Positions 13,201-24,310 of a stretch of 64,000 nt of DNA are shown in pieces; position 1 is the first letter of the stretch, and each line of letters starts with the position of its first letter. A program made the position numbers and the translations under genes. The notes under the pieces are model-generated. The model saw nothing but the letters and a program-made list of their open reading frames with translations, ran no database searches and was not told the origin of the DNA. The DNA is from Camelus dromedarius (Eukaryota): assembly GCF_036321535.1 (NCBI RefSeq), contig NC_087461.1, positions 2,480,001 to 2,544,000 of the forward strand, read 5' to 3'.

Positions 13201-15699
13201 TTTGGTAAAAGGCACACTCTAATACAAGGGTGCATGTGTCCCACAGGCAGGCAGAGAAGGCCCACCCCCCGGGGAGCAGGGAGACGGAAAGCAGTGACTC
13301 GACGTGGAGTGAGAAGACAAAAAGTGATCTGTGTCACTCATACCTACTACCACGAGTGAAGCTAGGAAACACGCAACAACTTTAAATGTTTTTCTTCCTG
13401 CCATAGTAAGTTGAGAGGGGAATGGCCCCTCCACCTGCTGACAGCCGTGTTCTGAGCAGAGGCTGTAACGGCAAATGCCTCGGGCCTCCCCAGCTACTAG
13501 AATACGTGTACGTGGGGTTGTACTTTCATCAGCTTTCAGAGAACCTTAGAACTTGCCCACAGCTGTGGCCGGCTCCCTGTGTCTGACTGAGCAGCTGCAG
13601 GACTTAGACAGGAGAGCAGACTGGTGATTAGCTCACGCCTTGGGCCGGAGAAGCCGTACTGCGCAGTCAGGACAGACTGACCTGGCTCTACCTGGCACCC
13701 CAGGCATATGCCGGAAGACTGGGCCCGGGGTCGCTTGGATATCTGAGAAGCAGCCCCGGGGGAGTGTGGCCGACTGTGGCCGTCCAGCGTGCGGTGGGGG
13801 CGGGAGGACATCTGCATCGCGTTGGCTGGGGCTGTGGGCAGACTCTGAGTGCTAGGCCAGTGGGCCTGTGACCAGGCACAGGAACAGGTCCCCGAGTGAT
13901 GCTAAGTTGGCTTGCCCAGAGATTGCAGACTGAGTGTGGCTTCCTGAGGGAGCCAGGAGCCCCGCTGCCTCCCACAGCTGTGGGCCAGGAAGTCTAGTTC
14001 GAGGCCTGACCTCAGAGTGCTACCTGGCCGTTTGAACTCCCTACCCTGAATTCCTCACCTGCAAGTAGGAGTGATAAGACTCACCACTCGGGCATGACTT
14101 TGACAATCAGCTGAGACACTGTGACATCAAAACCACAGAGAACTGAAAAACAGAAGGGACTTTAAACGTGGTACAATTCTTCCTTTGCTTGGAAGGAACA
14201 AATTGATTTGCTAACGGGAGAGGATGGCCAGAAACACAGCACAGCGTAGTTTCCCATTCTCCTCTTTGAGAATTTACTCATATATGTGTTTATTTTTTCC
14301 CATAATGATACACAGGAAATGCACTACGTTTTCCAAGTGCTAGCCAGATTCTATTTAAGTTTGCTAACACACTAAATCATGGACAGACAGAGGTCGCCAG
14401 GAGGCTTCCCTGCTCTCGGTCAAAGTGAACACTGGATTACCAGGATGGCTGTTTTCCCTAAATGTGGTGGCATGTGGCCAACATCTTTTATGCTGTTTGA
14501 TGACTTTTCACATGCCTAGTGACAACAATTTATTTTTTTCCTTTTTGCATGTGCTTTTCTCATAATAAAAACTCCCTCTAAAACTGGAGGCAAATTTTAC
14601 TTCAGTGCGGAAATACATTCCAGCTTGAGAATGAATCAAAGCCACATTTTTTCCGTGGACTGGAAGCGCTGGGTCGCTGAGCTTTTGTGTGTTTTCACAG
14701 ATGTTCTCCTGTTGCCTGGACGTGAGCTGTCAAAAGTTAGACTTCACAGCCACGCATGTACAGGTGGAAGCTGGAAATGAGGGGGAATGTTAAGGCCCCT
14801 GAAGCTTCCAGCTGCCTACATTTCTATTCTGAGTAATTCTGCCCACCCCAAAAGCAAATACTCAGAACGTATCTACGTTGAGTGGCCCTTCCCAACTCGT
14901 GATGGAACTTTCAGGACAAAATGCACACACTGTTTCTGCCCCCTGTGCCCCAAGGGTGGGGACTTAAATAGTCACAGGTGGTGTCACTAACCTTTGGGTC
15001 CCTTCCTGGTGACTCACACACCTGCCTCAGCTCTGGCATAGCGGACAAGGTCAATTCTTAGTAGTACAACTTTTTAAAGACGTATGTTTCCATACTGAGA
15101 AGTGTATGGCAGGAAGTGTCTGTTTCCCCCACATCTTACAGATGAAAACAAATGATCTTGCTATCTTAAACCCCCCACCTCAAAAAAAAAACCAGGAGCG
15201 TGTAACCCTGAATGATGTGGTCCTGGCTTACGCCCTCTTTGCTAAGTACGTTCGAGTGAGTCTACAGGAAGCTCAGAAGTGCATGTTTTAAAAGAAATTT
15301 GTCCCAAAGCATTTCTGTAACCTTTCTATCATCGGATGGTACATGTGGCCTGAGATAGAAACGGAAAAGACAAAAAAGTTAACAGAGAGAGCCCAAGACT
15401 GGGGTGTGATGTTGCCAGCTACGGTACAGGGGCCGTAAAGCTGGAGCCAGAACCAGGGTGAGCACTGTCCCCGTCTGCCTGGGCTGAAGGTGGTCAGGAA
15501 GCCAGGGCTCTCGGTGTGGACACCAGGAGCAGGCTCGGATGTGCAGGCCACCGTTCACCCGACTCGAAGCCTTTGGGAAAACCAGCTTCTCAGAGCCTTA
15601 GCTGTCTCATCGTAAAGGGGATCATCATAACTGCTCCTGAGCTTTTAGGGAGTAGGGATGACGCGTGCAAAGAGAATGTTCCAGAACGCCGTGAGCCCT

Positions 15700-16630
15700 G
15701 TGACACACCAGCCTCCAGGCAATGCCTCCTACAGCCCGGCCGCCCTGGGAGCCAGCCCTGAGCACCCCTTCCCGGCCACGCGACGCCGGCCGGCGGGGCT
15801 GGGGACCCTGCCACGCGCACCGCTGGCGGCCGGCCCGCTGCGTCCCGAGCGAGGCCTCCCCACGCTGCCCCCAGCTGTGCCTCGGGCGTCCAACACGACA
15901 CGGGCTGCTCTCATCACGGCCTTCAGGTAAGACACAAAGACGGGTCCTGCCCTGCTCGTCTCCGCACCCCCCTCAACGCAGTGACCCCAGAGCCCTGCGC
16001 CCCCGGGGGCTGTGCTGCCCGCGCTGACCCCGCAGCCTTCGGGGGCCCGTGGCAAGCCGGGCAGGCGCCGCCACAGCCCTCCGCGCCGGGGCTGCGTCTG
16101 GGTCGGCGGGTCCCGCAGGACAGACGGGGGCTCCTTGCTCCCCCGCGCCGCCCGCCCGCCCGCTCACCCTTCACCCGCGCGCCCGCCGTGCTTCTGCGCG
16201 GCGCCGCCGGGGGGCGCTCTGCCGGCCTGGCTGGTGGGTCTCGAGTAGCCAAGCTTGTCCTTCCTAAACTGCATAAAAAGAATGGAAGCCGACGCCGCGT
16301 TTCCTTTCCAGCGAGCCCCTCGTCCGGGCGCTCCCTGCCGTCGGCCGCGCCTCCATGGACCGTGCGGTCTCGGCACATGGCGCTGAAGCCGCCCCGCGGC
16401 CGCGGCGCGCCCAGCCGCGCGGGCCTCCGTGAGAGAGCTCGGCGGTTCCCAGCCGCCGGGGCCCCGGGCACCGCGGGGGGGCGGGGGGGGGGGAGGCAGC
16501 GCCCCTGCCGGGCTCCCCGGGCTCCCCGGGCTCCGCCCCCCGCGCTGAGGCCGCGGTCCTCCTGCGCCCCTTCCTGACACGAGCGGGAAGCCGCGCCCCC
16601 ACGTGAGACGGCAGGTGACCCCCACCGCGC
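15700..16630. promoter_or_regulatory. CpG island / GC-rich promoter-like region
   Basis: Very high GC and CpG density, G-runs at ~16475-16495, TATA-like CATAAAAAG near 16272, plus-strand donor CAG|gtaaga at 15926/15927. Confidence 0.8.
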
Positions 16631-16646
16631 CCTGCCGCTCAGTTAC

Positions 16647-16687
16647 TCTGTCAGGGTCGTTTAAGTACTCAGATTTCCCAGGAGCCG
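16647..16687 (-). CDS. Candidate 41-nt exon (-APGKSEYLNDPDR)
   Basis: tgcgtttaatttcag| acceptor and AGA|gtaact donor. Phase 1 to 0. Confidence 0.22.
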
Positions 16688-18064
16688 CTGAAATTAAACG
16701 CAGTGAGGCTATTTCCTTCACTTTCAAAATAAAAATAAGTTGGATAAATGCATGTGATTCTTTAATGAGAAAAAAATAATTTACCACTCATTTCCCTCTG
16801 CTGATACTATCCCCGCATGTTTTTCATCAGCTTTTTAGGACCCCCTGTGGCCCCGGGCCGTGACCACAGAACACTCCTTTTTAAGGAGTATCGTTCAGGT
16901 ATTAGAGGCAGAGCCTCAAGTATCTGCCGGTGCCTCCCACTGATTCTGAAATTTCTCCCAGGTTTATAAACATTAATTAGATTAATTTTGCTTCTACGAG
17001 TGACAGTCTCAACGAGAATGCTGGTTCATCTTGGGTTTGTACTTAAGGAAAAATCTCTTGTGTTTTATTGCCCGGCTCCCAACATAATCAAAAGCCCAGA
17101 CAAATGAGCAAGGCAACAAAAAGCGCCACGTTCTGCTCAAAGGCCCTTTAAAAATACGTAGTAACGGCCCAGTTAACTCTGTCATTTATTTGGCTATTTT
17201 CGTCCTGAGAGAACAAAATTGTGGAAGCCAACAAAAAATGGACCTATGGAACCAGCACGGTGTGTCAGACGTACCACAGCCGTGAAAGTACACGCGCTTT
17301 ATTTTTAGGCAGACTCTCTCAGGCACAGGTCATTAACTGTCACCAAGAGCTAAGTGCCCCCCGCCAACATTCCGTTGCACAAATTCCCAACATAGCAAAA
17401 AGCTGAAAGATCTGCACAGTGAACACACCCAGAGTTTACAATTTACATTTGTTATCTCTGTTTTGTTCCCTATCTACCCATCTTATTCATTCCTCCGCCC
17501 AGACACCAATCCATGAGAAGCAGTTTTAACCAGTTGAATGGCCTAATTCTCTGCCCACAGAAGCTTGGAAGCAATGGGTCAGAATGAGTTTGGACAGGGA
17601 GAGTGTAAATAGCGGGTCCAATGGATCCCGGGCCACTGAGGACCTTGAGATCCGATGTGGATGGACACGCACTAGGGTGGCAGGTGCAAAGTGGGAAGAA
17701 GAGCTCAATCATCTTACCAGCTGGAGGCTCCCGTGGAGAAGACCGGGATCGCAAAGCCTCGTCCCACAGGCCACGTCCGCCCTGTGGCCAGGACAGCACT
17801 GCTAGCAAGGGCCTGCACCTGGGCACGGCCTCAGGGCCTCCTCCACGCGGCACTCCAGGTGGGCTGCACTGGGGGTCCGAGTCACCGGGCACGCTGAAGC
17901 TTGCTCACAGCCTCCCCACACACCTGAACTCCAAGGGCAGCTGCATCAGAGCCATGCGGGATCAACGTACGTGACACTCCACTCGGTCACTAGTGAAACA
18001 CGGAATCAGTAAGAACAGAGTCCCTGGTGCACTCAAACCCTTACTCCAGTTCCTGCAGAATCGG

Positions 18065-18199
18065 NNNNNNNNNNNNNNNNNNNNNNNNNNNNNNNNNNNN
18101 NNNNNNNNNNNNNNNNNNNNNNNNNNNNNNNNNNNNNNNNNNNNNNNNNNNNNNNNNNNNNNNNNNNNNNNNNNNNNNNNNNNNNNNNNNNNNNNNNNN
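18065..18199. other. Assembly gap (135 N)
   Basis: Run of N. Confidence 1.
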
Positions 18200-19072
18200 A
18201 AAACTGAACTTTTGCATTATATCTGTCCCCTTTCTGAGAAGTTTCTATTGCCTGGGTTAGACCGGGGCAGTGAAAGGATGTTCTCAGTAGAGACTTTGGT
18301 CTTACAGAGAAGAAGTGAACAATCAAGTTAAGGTTCAACTGATGGGACGCCGGTGTCTGAGTGGAGCCAGGAGCACCGGAGGACCATGTGTGTGTAGGGT
18401 GTCAGAGACAAAGAGGGGCAGGTGCAAAGTTCCCTGGGAGTCCAGGGTCGGTGTGGGGTGAGTAACGAGGAGGAAGGAGAGCCACGCGCGAATACACAGC
18501 CACGTTCTGTGTTCTGGACTTAGCTGGAATAAACATGATGTGGCTTCTATTGCTTGGTGTACAATTTGAAAGGCCTGAACAAAACGACAAACGTCATCAA
18601 GCCTGGTTCTGAATTGTGATGGTTTCTCAGCCTACTGATTTCATACTCTTAACAGTAGGACAGAGGGCGTGGAGTAACCTGAGAAATAAATCATGTGATT
18701 AGGACAGAAAACAGGGGGAACTTTAATATATATTTTTTAAAGGGCTGCTAGGAGAATAAAAGTGATTTTTTTTTAAAAGTCCTAGCACAGCGGGAAATTT
18801 CATTCATACAGAAGATTCCTGGATAGTGGACCAGCTCATTCTCCAACCAAATCATAAATGAAGCATTGCTTAGCGCATATATGGAACAACATATTTTGTG
18901 ATAGGTTGACTCTTTGAAGGAAGTGAAAAATACTGCTTTTAATTCATCTCAATTGTAATGAACTAAATTGATCTGCCTTTGAGGCCCGCTACCAGTCTGA
19001 CCCGCATGCCTGGTGGGGCCTGGAGCAGAAAGACAGCAGGTGTCTGGATTCTATGCACATAATCTACCTCCC

Positions 19073-19724
19073 TGCGTTGTTTGCTTAGACAGGCCACGGG
19101 AAAGAAAGGTCTTCCCTTCCTTCTCATTCTGAGACCCCTGAGGCCAATCAGGAATATCGCATTTCCTAGCAGTGGGCTGTAAGAAGAGGGTTGCCTTGTG
19201 AGGTTCAGAGGCTCCATGTGTCCCCAGCTGCGTCCCCAAACAGTTGTGCTCCTGAGGCAGGAAGCCCCATAAAAAGACCGGCAGGACCCCCAGGCAGGGC
19301 CACTACTCTCCTGCCGGCACCATCCGGTTCCCTGGCCCAGAGGCTCTAGCTCACTTTTTGCCTCTGACAGGGCTTACTTACCCCTAAAATTCTATTGGCT
19401 CCCTGAGCTCACTTCTGATTGGTTATTTCCTTCACTCCTGATTGGTTATTTCTCTCCCTCCTGATTGGTCCATTTCTACACAGCTTGTTCCTAATTAGTC
19501 CACTTTCGTTACACCCATGTTGCATATGACGTTGCAAAGTGTAAACTGGCAGCCTATAAAAGCCTGTGTAAACCCGCAGACAGGGTCCAGAGCTTGGAGT
19601 GTTAGCTTCTCTGGGCCTGCTGGCGTAATGAACATGAGCTCTCCAACTCTCCGAGTGCTGCTTGGTCTCTTGCCCGGATCCAGGTTGCTGTCACAACTGA
19701 GCTGTAGCACATTTTTCTGCAACA
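19073..19724 (+). mobile_element. Solo ERV LTR
   Basis: TG...CA ends flanked by CTCCC (19068-19072 and 19725-19729). Three CTGATTGGT boxes (19415, 19438, 19461) and TATAAAA at 19555-19561. Left boundary less certain. Confidence 0.7.
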
Positions 19725-21139
19725 CTCCCACTCCATTTATGGCACAGCTGAAACATCACATCTCAAGGAGCCCCAGGGAGCAGCGGAGCCCTGGGGACAG
19801 TGGCACATTGTGCGCTTCTACCTCCAGGTGGCCTGGGGCCAGCAGAGGGGGGCATGAGCACATGGCTTCCCAGCCCTCACTGATGAGATGACGAGGCAGT
19901 GAACAGGTAAAGGCGCTTGTCTGAACAGCGGCAGGACACGGGCAGAGGCAGGCTCGGGTGAACTGGAGCCTGGACCCTAGAGGGGAAAGAAAGTGCAAAG
20001 AAAGGATCCAAGAGTGGAAAAGCCTTAACCCTTAACTTTCTGCCATGGTCTGAAATATGAATATGGGCTGTGACCTTGAACGCGCGCTCTCAGGACGCCG
20101 CACTCTGACCCTCCTTACACTCCCAGCCTAGAGGAGCGAGCAACGGTCGGCGGCAATGTTTTAGATGAAATCCTCTCCAGCCACTGCTTGAGAAACAGCT
20201 GATAACTGTGACCTCCCAGAATTACTTTTTGCCTTCAAGGACACCTGAGAGGGGCCGAATTGCTCTTTGTAGCACAGCAGGAACAAAATGATAAAGATAA
20301 TGGCTTTGTGATCTGTGCCCCAAATTCATTTGGGTTGTGTATTCAGTACATGGATGTGTGTGTGTGTGTGTGTCTGTATGTGTGCAGACAGATCTGTGAT
20401 GTGCACCCTTCTTTGTAGGCCCAGTGTCTGGGGGATGCTCAGTGGCAAAGATTTGGTTGTTAAGAGAAAAACTCTTGGTGATTACTTTCTGAGCATTGTT
20501 TCTCAGGCACACGACAAACTCGGATACTGACCAAAGAGAGTTCTTTTTGGTTGACTTGGTGTGCTGTAAGGTGGTGTTGGTTTTGCAGACTGTCCGCACT
20601 CTGTAAGCATCAGCTTAGCTGGGATGTCAGGGATCCCCAGCTGTCCCTCCAGAGCAGCACCCTCTGCGTGACTTGGCCTGACCTTTGATACTATGTCACC
20701 CAGCTGTCCTTCACTGTCTGGGCCCCTGCCCCCCAACCTCTCCTAGCTCTCCAACTCCCCCTCCTCTCCGTGTGCTGCATACAGAGAGAGGGCCAAACAC
20801 TTCAGTTTCTAATTTGTAACTTTGGCTTTGTGTACACAATCCAATCAATGCTGTGCAAAAACCACACTTAGAATTCTGTAGTACATCTGCCTTCTGAACA
20901 ACAGAACACCGTATTCTAGCAAAGTCTATGGAACAACAAGATGTGTTTGGTTTTTTGTGGACTGGAGGAGTGATTATGACATCAAAACCTTTTCATCTTT
21001 CTTAAAAAGTCTGTTTTTCCCTCCTGCTGTGTTGACTACCCCCAGGGCAACGGCCTGGTCTGTTCTGTTCACTTTTGATCCCCAAGCCCCCGCACTGTGC
21101 TAACATACGCTCCATCCTTGGCCACTGTGGTTTTTCCCT

Positions 21140-21935
21140 AGAAACTGAAGTAGGGCTGGTTTACAATATCACACGACTTTCAGGTTTACAACAGTGGTCC
21201 AGGGGTCTTACAGATTATACTCCATGCAAAGCTACTGCAAAACAATGGCTGTGTTCCCTGTGCAGGACGACCCATCCCTGTTGCTTCTGTATTTTACACG
21301 TGGTAGTTTGTATCTCTTAATCCCCTCCCCCTGTCGCTGCTCCTCCCTGTCCTCTCCCCACCAGTCACCACTAGTTTACTCTCTGTATCTGTGAGTCTTT
21401 CTCTTTTGCTGTATACAGTCATTTAATTTTTTGATTCCACATGTAAGTGATATCATATAGTACCTGTCTTTCTCTGTCTGACTTATTTCACTAAGCATAA
21501 TGTTCCTTAGGTCCATCCTCGTTGCTGCAAATGGCATTATTTCATTATTTCATTCCTTTTTACGGCTGAGTTTTATATATATACACACACATCCATACAC
21601 ACACTGCATCTCCTTTATCCAGTCATCTGTCGATAGACACAGATCACTTCCATGTCTTGGCTACTGTAAATAATGCTGCTGTGGACACAGGGGTACATGC
21701 ATCTTTTCAAATTAGTGCTTTCGTTTTTTTCTGGGTAAATACCCAGGAGTGGAAACCCTGGATCACATGGCAGCTCTAGTTTTAGTTCTTCAAGGAAACT
21801 CTGTACTGTTTTCCACAGTGGCTGCACCAGTTTACATTCCCACCAGCAGTGCACAAGGGTTCCCTTTTCTCCATGTCCTCGCCAACATTTGTTATCTGTG
21901 GTCTTTCTGATGATGGCCATTCTGACAACCACCGT
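21140..21935 (-). mobile_element. LINE-1 3' end (ORF2 C-terminus plus 3'UTR), relatively young
   Basis: Translation [36 protein letters not shown] matches the L1 ORF2 Cys-rich C-terminal region. Confidence 0.92.
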
Positions 21936-22647
21936 GTTTGGAATGAACACCTGGCAGCACATCTTGCAGGTCCTCTCCCTCCGGGTGGATTCCCTGAGCA
22001 GCCGGCTTCCTGGCCCCTGAGAGGAGGCGCTGCTGGGAGCCCAGGATGCTGGAGGGGGAGGCCTTTTCCCGGGCTCGTCCGGGAATCGACCGGAGGCATC
22101 TCAGCAAAGGCCCGAGCCTCCAAAGTTGCAGTAATTTGTCAGGATCTCTCCTCATTCTAAACAAATATTTACTTTTGCATCATTTTTTGGTAACCATCAT
22201 TTTGCTTTCTTTTAAAGAAGAGAGTTCCAGGACCTGTAGAAGTTTTAGGCTCCACAAAACGTGGCTCAGCCCCACCTACGAGGTAAGGTGTGTTTTCCTG
22301 GGGAACTCTGCCTCGTGTCCTGTTCCTTCTCTCCCTGTGTCCTCCACTCCTGCCACCTGCACAGCCGGCAGTGACACCTGGGAGCCCGGGAAAAGACCTC
22401 AGCGCCGCCTGCAGCAGCACAGGTGTGGCGATCTCTTTTGCCAGCACCCTGGGACTCATCACGTGGTGAATATTAACCCCCCTCCCAGCCCTACAGAAAC
22501 TGTGAGCATTTAAGGAGTCTCCCCATTGGGCCCCATGTCCCACTCTGATTAGAAGCCTCAGAGGTGGATTTTTCTTGCCCCACCCTCCTTACCAGGGTAT
22601 GAACACATGGCCTGTGCGTGCCACTCTCATGCTTGAAACCTGGCTTG

Positions 22648-22694
22648 CTTCCTTCCTTCCTTCCTTCCTTCCTTCCTTCCTTCCTTCCTTCCTT
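22648..22694. repeat. (TTCC)n microsatellite
   Basis: Perfect tetranucleotide array. Confidence 0.95.
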
Positions 22695-22859
22695 TCATTT
22701 AAAGCCTCTAAATATGTTTCCAGATTAAGAGGACACGATTTATTATTCGAATGCACACTCAGGACTGCCATTTACTCCTGTTGCTCATTTACGACTTGTA
22801 TCCCGCCTACTTTCAAGGAGGCTCTGAAGCATGCGGGCTACCCTATGAGCGCACGCATC

Positions 22860-23480
22860 TTCTGTGATCTTTTACGTTGCGTAATTGAGGAGGTTCTCCT
22901 CCACCAAAGCACGCAATTTTACGTCCCAAGTCGCAGTACTGGAGAATGTTCTCGATTCCTCGTGCCTTCCAGGATCGTCTACCAAGGGGCGGCAGGTGCG
23001 AGCACCGGCCGCGTCCGCCCGCCCGTGAGGGCCTGGCGCACTCTCTGGCCTCCGTGGCACCTGGGGGGGATCCGAGGTGCCTGCGGCCCCGGCGCCCCCT
23101 CGGCTCCCCGGATGCAGCGCCAGCACGGGGAGCTGGGGTCTGCAAAGGGGGCGGCTGTCCGACGGCAGGTTTCCTGCTCCTGCCCGGGGCGACCCCGCGC
23201 GCCCGGACGTCGGCCTCCGGCTGCCCCTGGCGGGGGAGGAGGGACGCCTGTGTGACCCGCACCTCCCCCGGCCCGGGCTCGGCTGGTCGGGACCCGGCGG
23301 GGGGGGGGGGGGGGGGGCGCGGCCGGGCCGCCTTCCCGAAGACCGTCCAGCCCCGCGCCGGCTCCGCGCCGGCGCCGGGAACAGGGAGGACACCGCGGCT
23401 GTGACTCACCCGGCCCCTCCAGGCCTCCCGTTTCCGTGGAAAACATCCCCCGGGGCTCCTGCAAGAGGATGACTCATGGC
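22860..23480. promoter_or_regulatory. CpG island with enhancer motifs
   Basis: High CpG density, poly-G run near 23297-23317, C/EBP-type TTGCGTAAT at 22877-22885, AP-1 TGACTCA at 23402-23408 and 23470-23476. Confidence 0.78.
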
Positions 23481-24039
23481 AGGGGGTATTTTTAGGAACC
23501 TGTTAACTTGCATTTAGCTTAGCGAGGCAGGATCCAATTCGAGAGGAGCTGTGCGCCGTTACACACAAGCTGTTTTGAATGTTGTAACGGGCCACGGTCT
23601 CCGGGTCTGCGGGTTGAGTCCTCTTCTGGGGAAGCAGAAGGGAAAACAGAAAGAGGCTGTTGCCACAACAGGGCATTTGATAGGATGCTAAAGAAACCGA
23701 CGCCAGGAGCAGGATTATATTTATCTTGACAGAATCACACCTGCTTGTTCCAAGCACATTTTGTAATACTCAGTGAAATTCCGCAGTCACTCCTGGGCAT
23801 TTTAAGGATGACATTAAAATATAAGCTCTGGTCCCAGAGGCAGAGTCTAACAAGTTAGAATGCCCTGTTACACAAGACTGACTGGGGAAGGGCTCCTATA
23901 TTTGTGCTTTGGGTTTCAAACCACTGGAAAGGAGCACACGGGCCGGCGTGGGGGGTGCCTGTGGGAGGAGTGAATGTGCGGGGACCCCTTCCCTGGAAGG
24001 CTGGGGATATCCCAATGTGTGTGGGAGAGTCGTGTGTGC

Positions 24040-24310
24040 TCGTCTGTGTGTGTGCATCTGTAGGTATGCGTGCATGTTTTGCAAGTGTTCGTGTGACCCT
24101 GCTTGTGTGTTTGTCTGTGCACATGTGCGTGTGTATCTGAGTGTCTGTGTATGTGTTTATGTGTATGTGTGTGTGGTACCTGTATCTGCATTTGTGTGGA
24201 TGTGTACTTATCTGTGTGTGCCTAGGTGTGTATTTGGTTGCATGTATAGTGTGTAGGTGTGTGGGGGACATGTCCTCGTGTGTGTGCGTTTGTGTGTGTA
24301 TGTGTATGTG
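24040..24310. repeat. Degenerate (TG)n-rich low-complexity tract
   Basis: About 270 bp of interrupted TG/TA repeats. Confidence 0.9.

Noticed and set aside
15232-15349. 118-nt minus-strand exon with strong acceptor and GGC|gtaagc donor as an internal coding exon
   Set aside because: Stops in all three frames, so at most a poison, UTR or terminal exon.
15590-16787. Many overlapping 100-207 aa ORFs on both strands
   Set aside because: Rich in Pro, Arg, Gly and Ala and open in several frames, as expected from stop-codon scarcity in a CpG island. No recognisable domain.
17993-18338. ORFs containing X runs
   Set aside because: They span the assembly gap.
21615-21962. ORF with a Cys/Trp-rich protein-like sequence
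   Set aside because: It is the L1 ORF2 C-terminus, not a host gene.
22575-23472. 226-aa and other long ORFs
   Set aside because: They run through a (TTCC)n microsatellite and a CpG island, so they are compositional artefacts.
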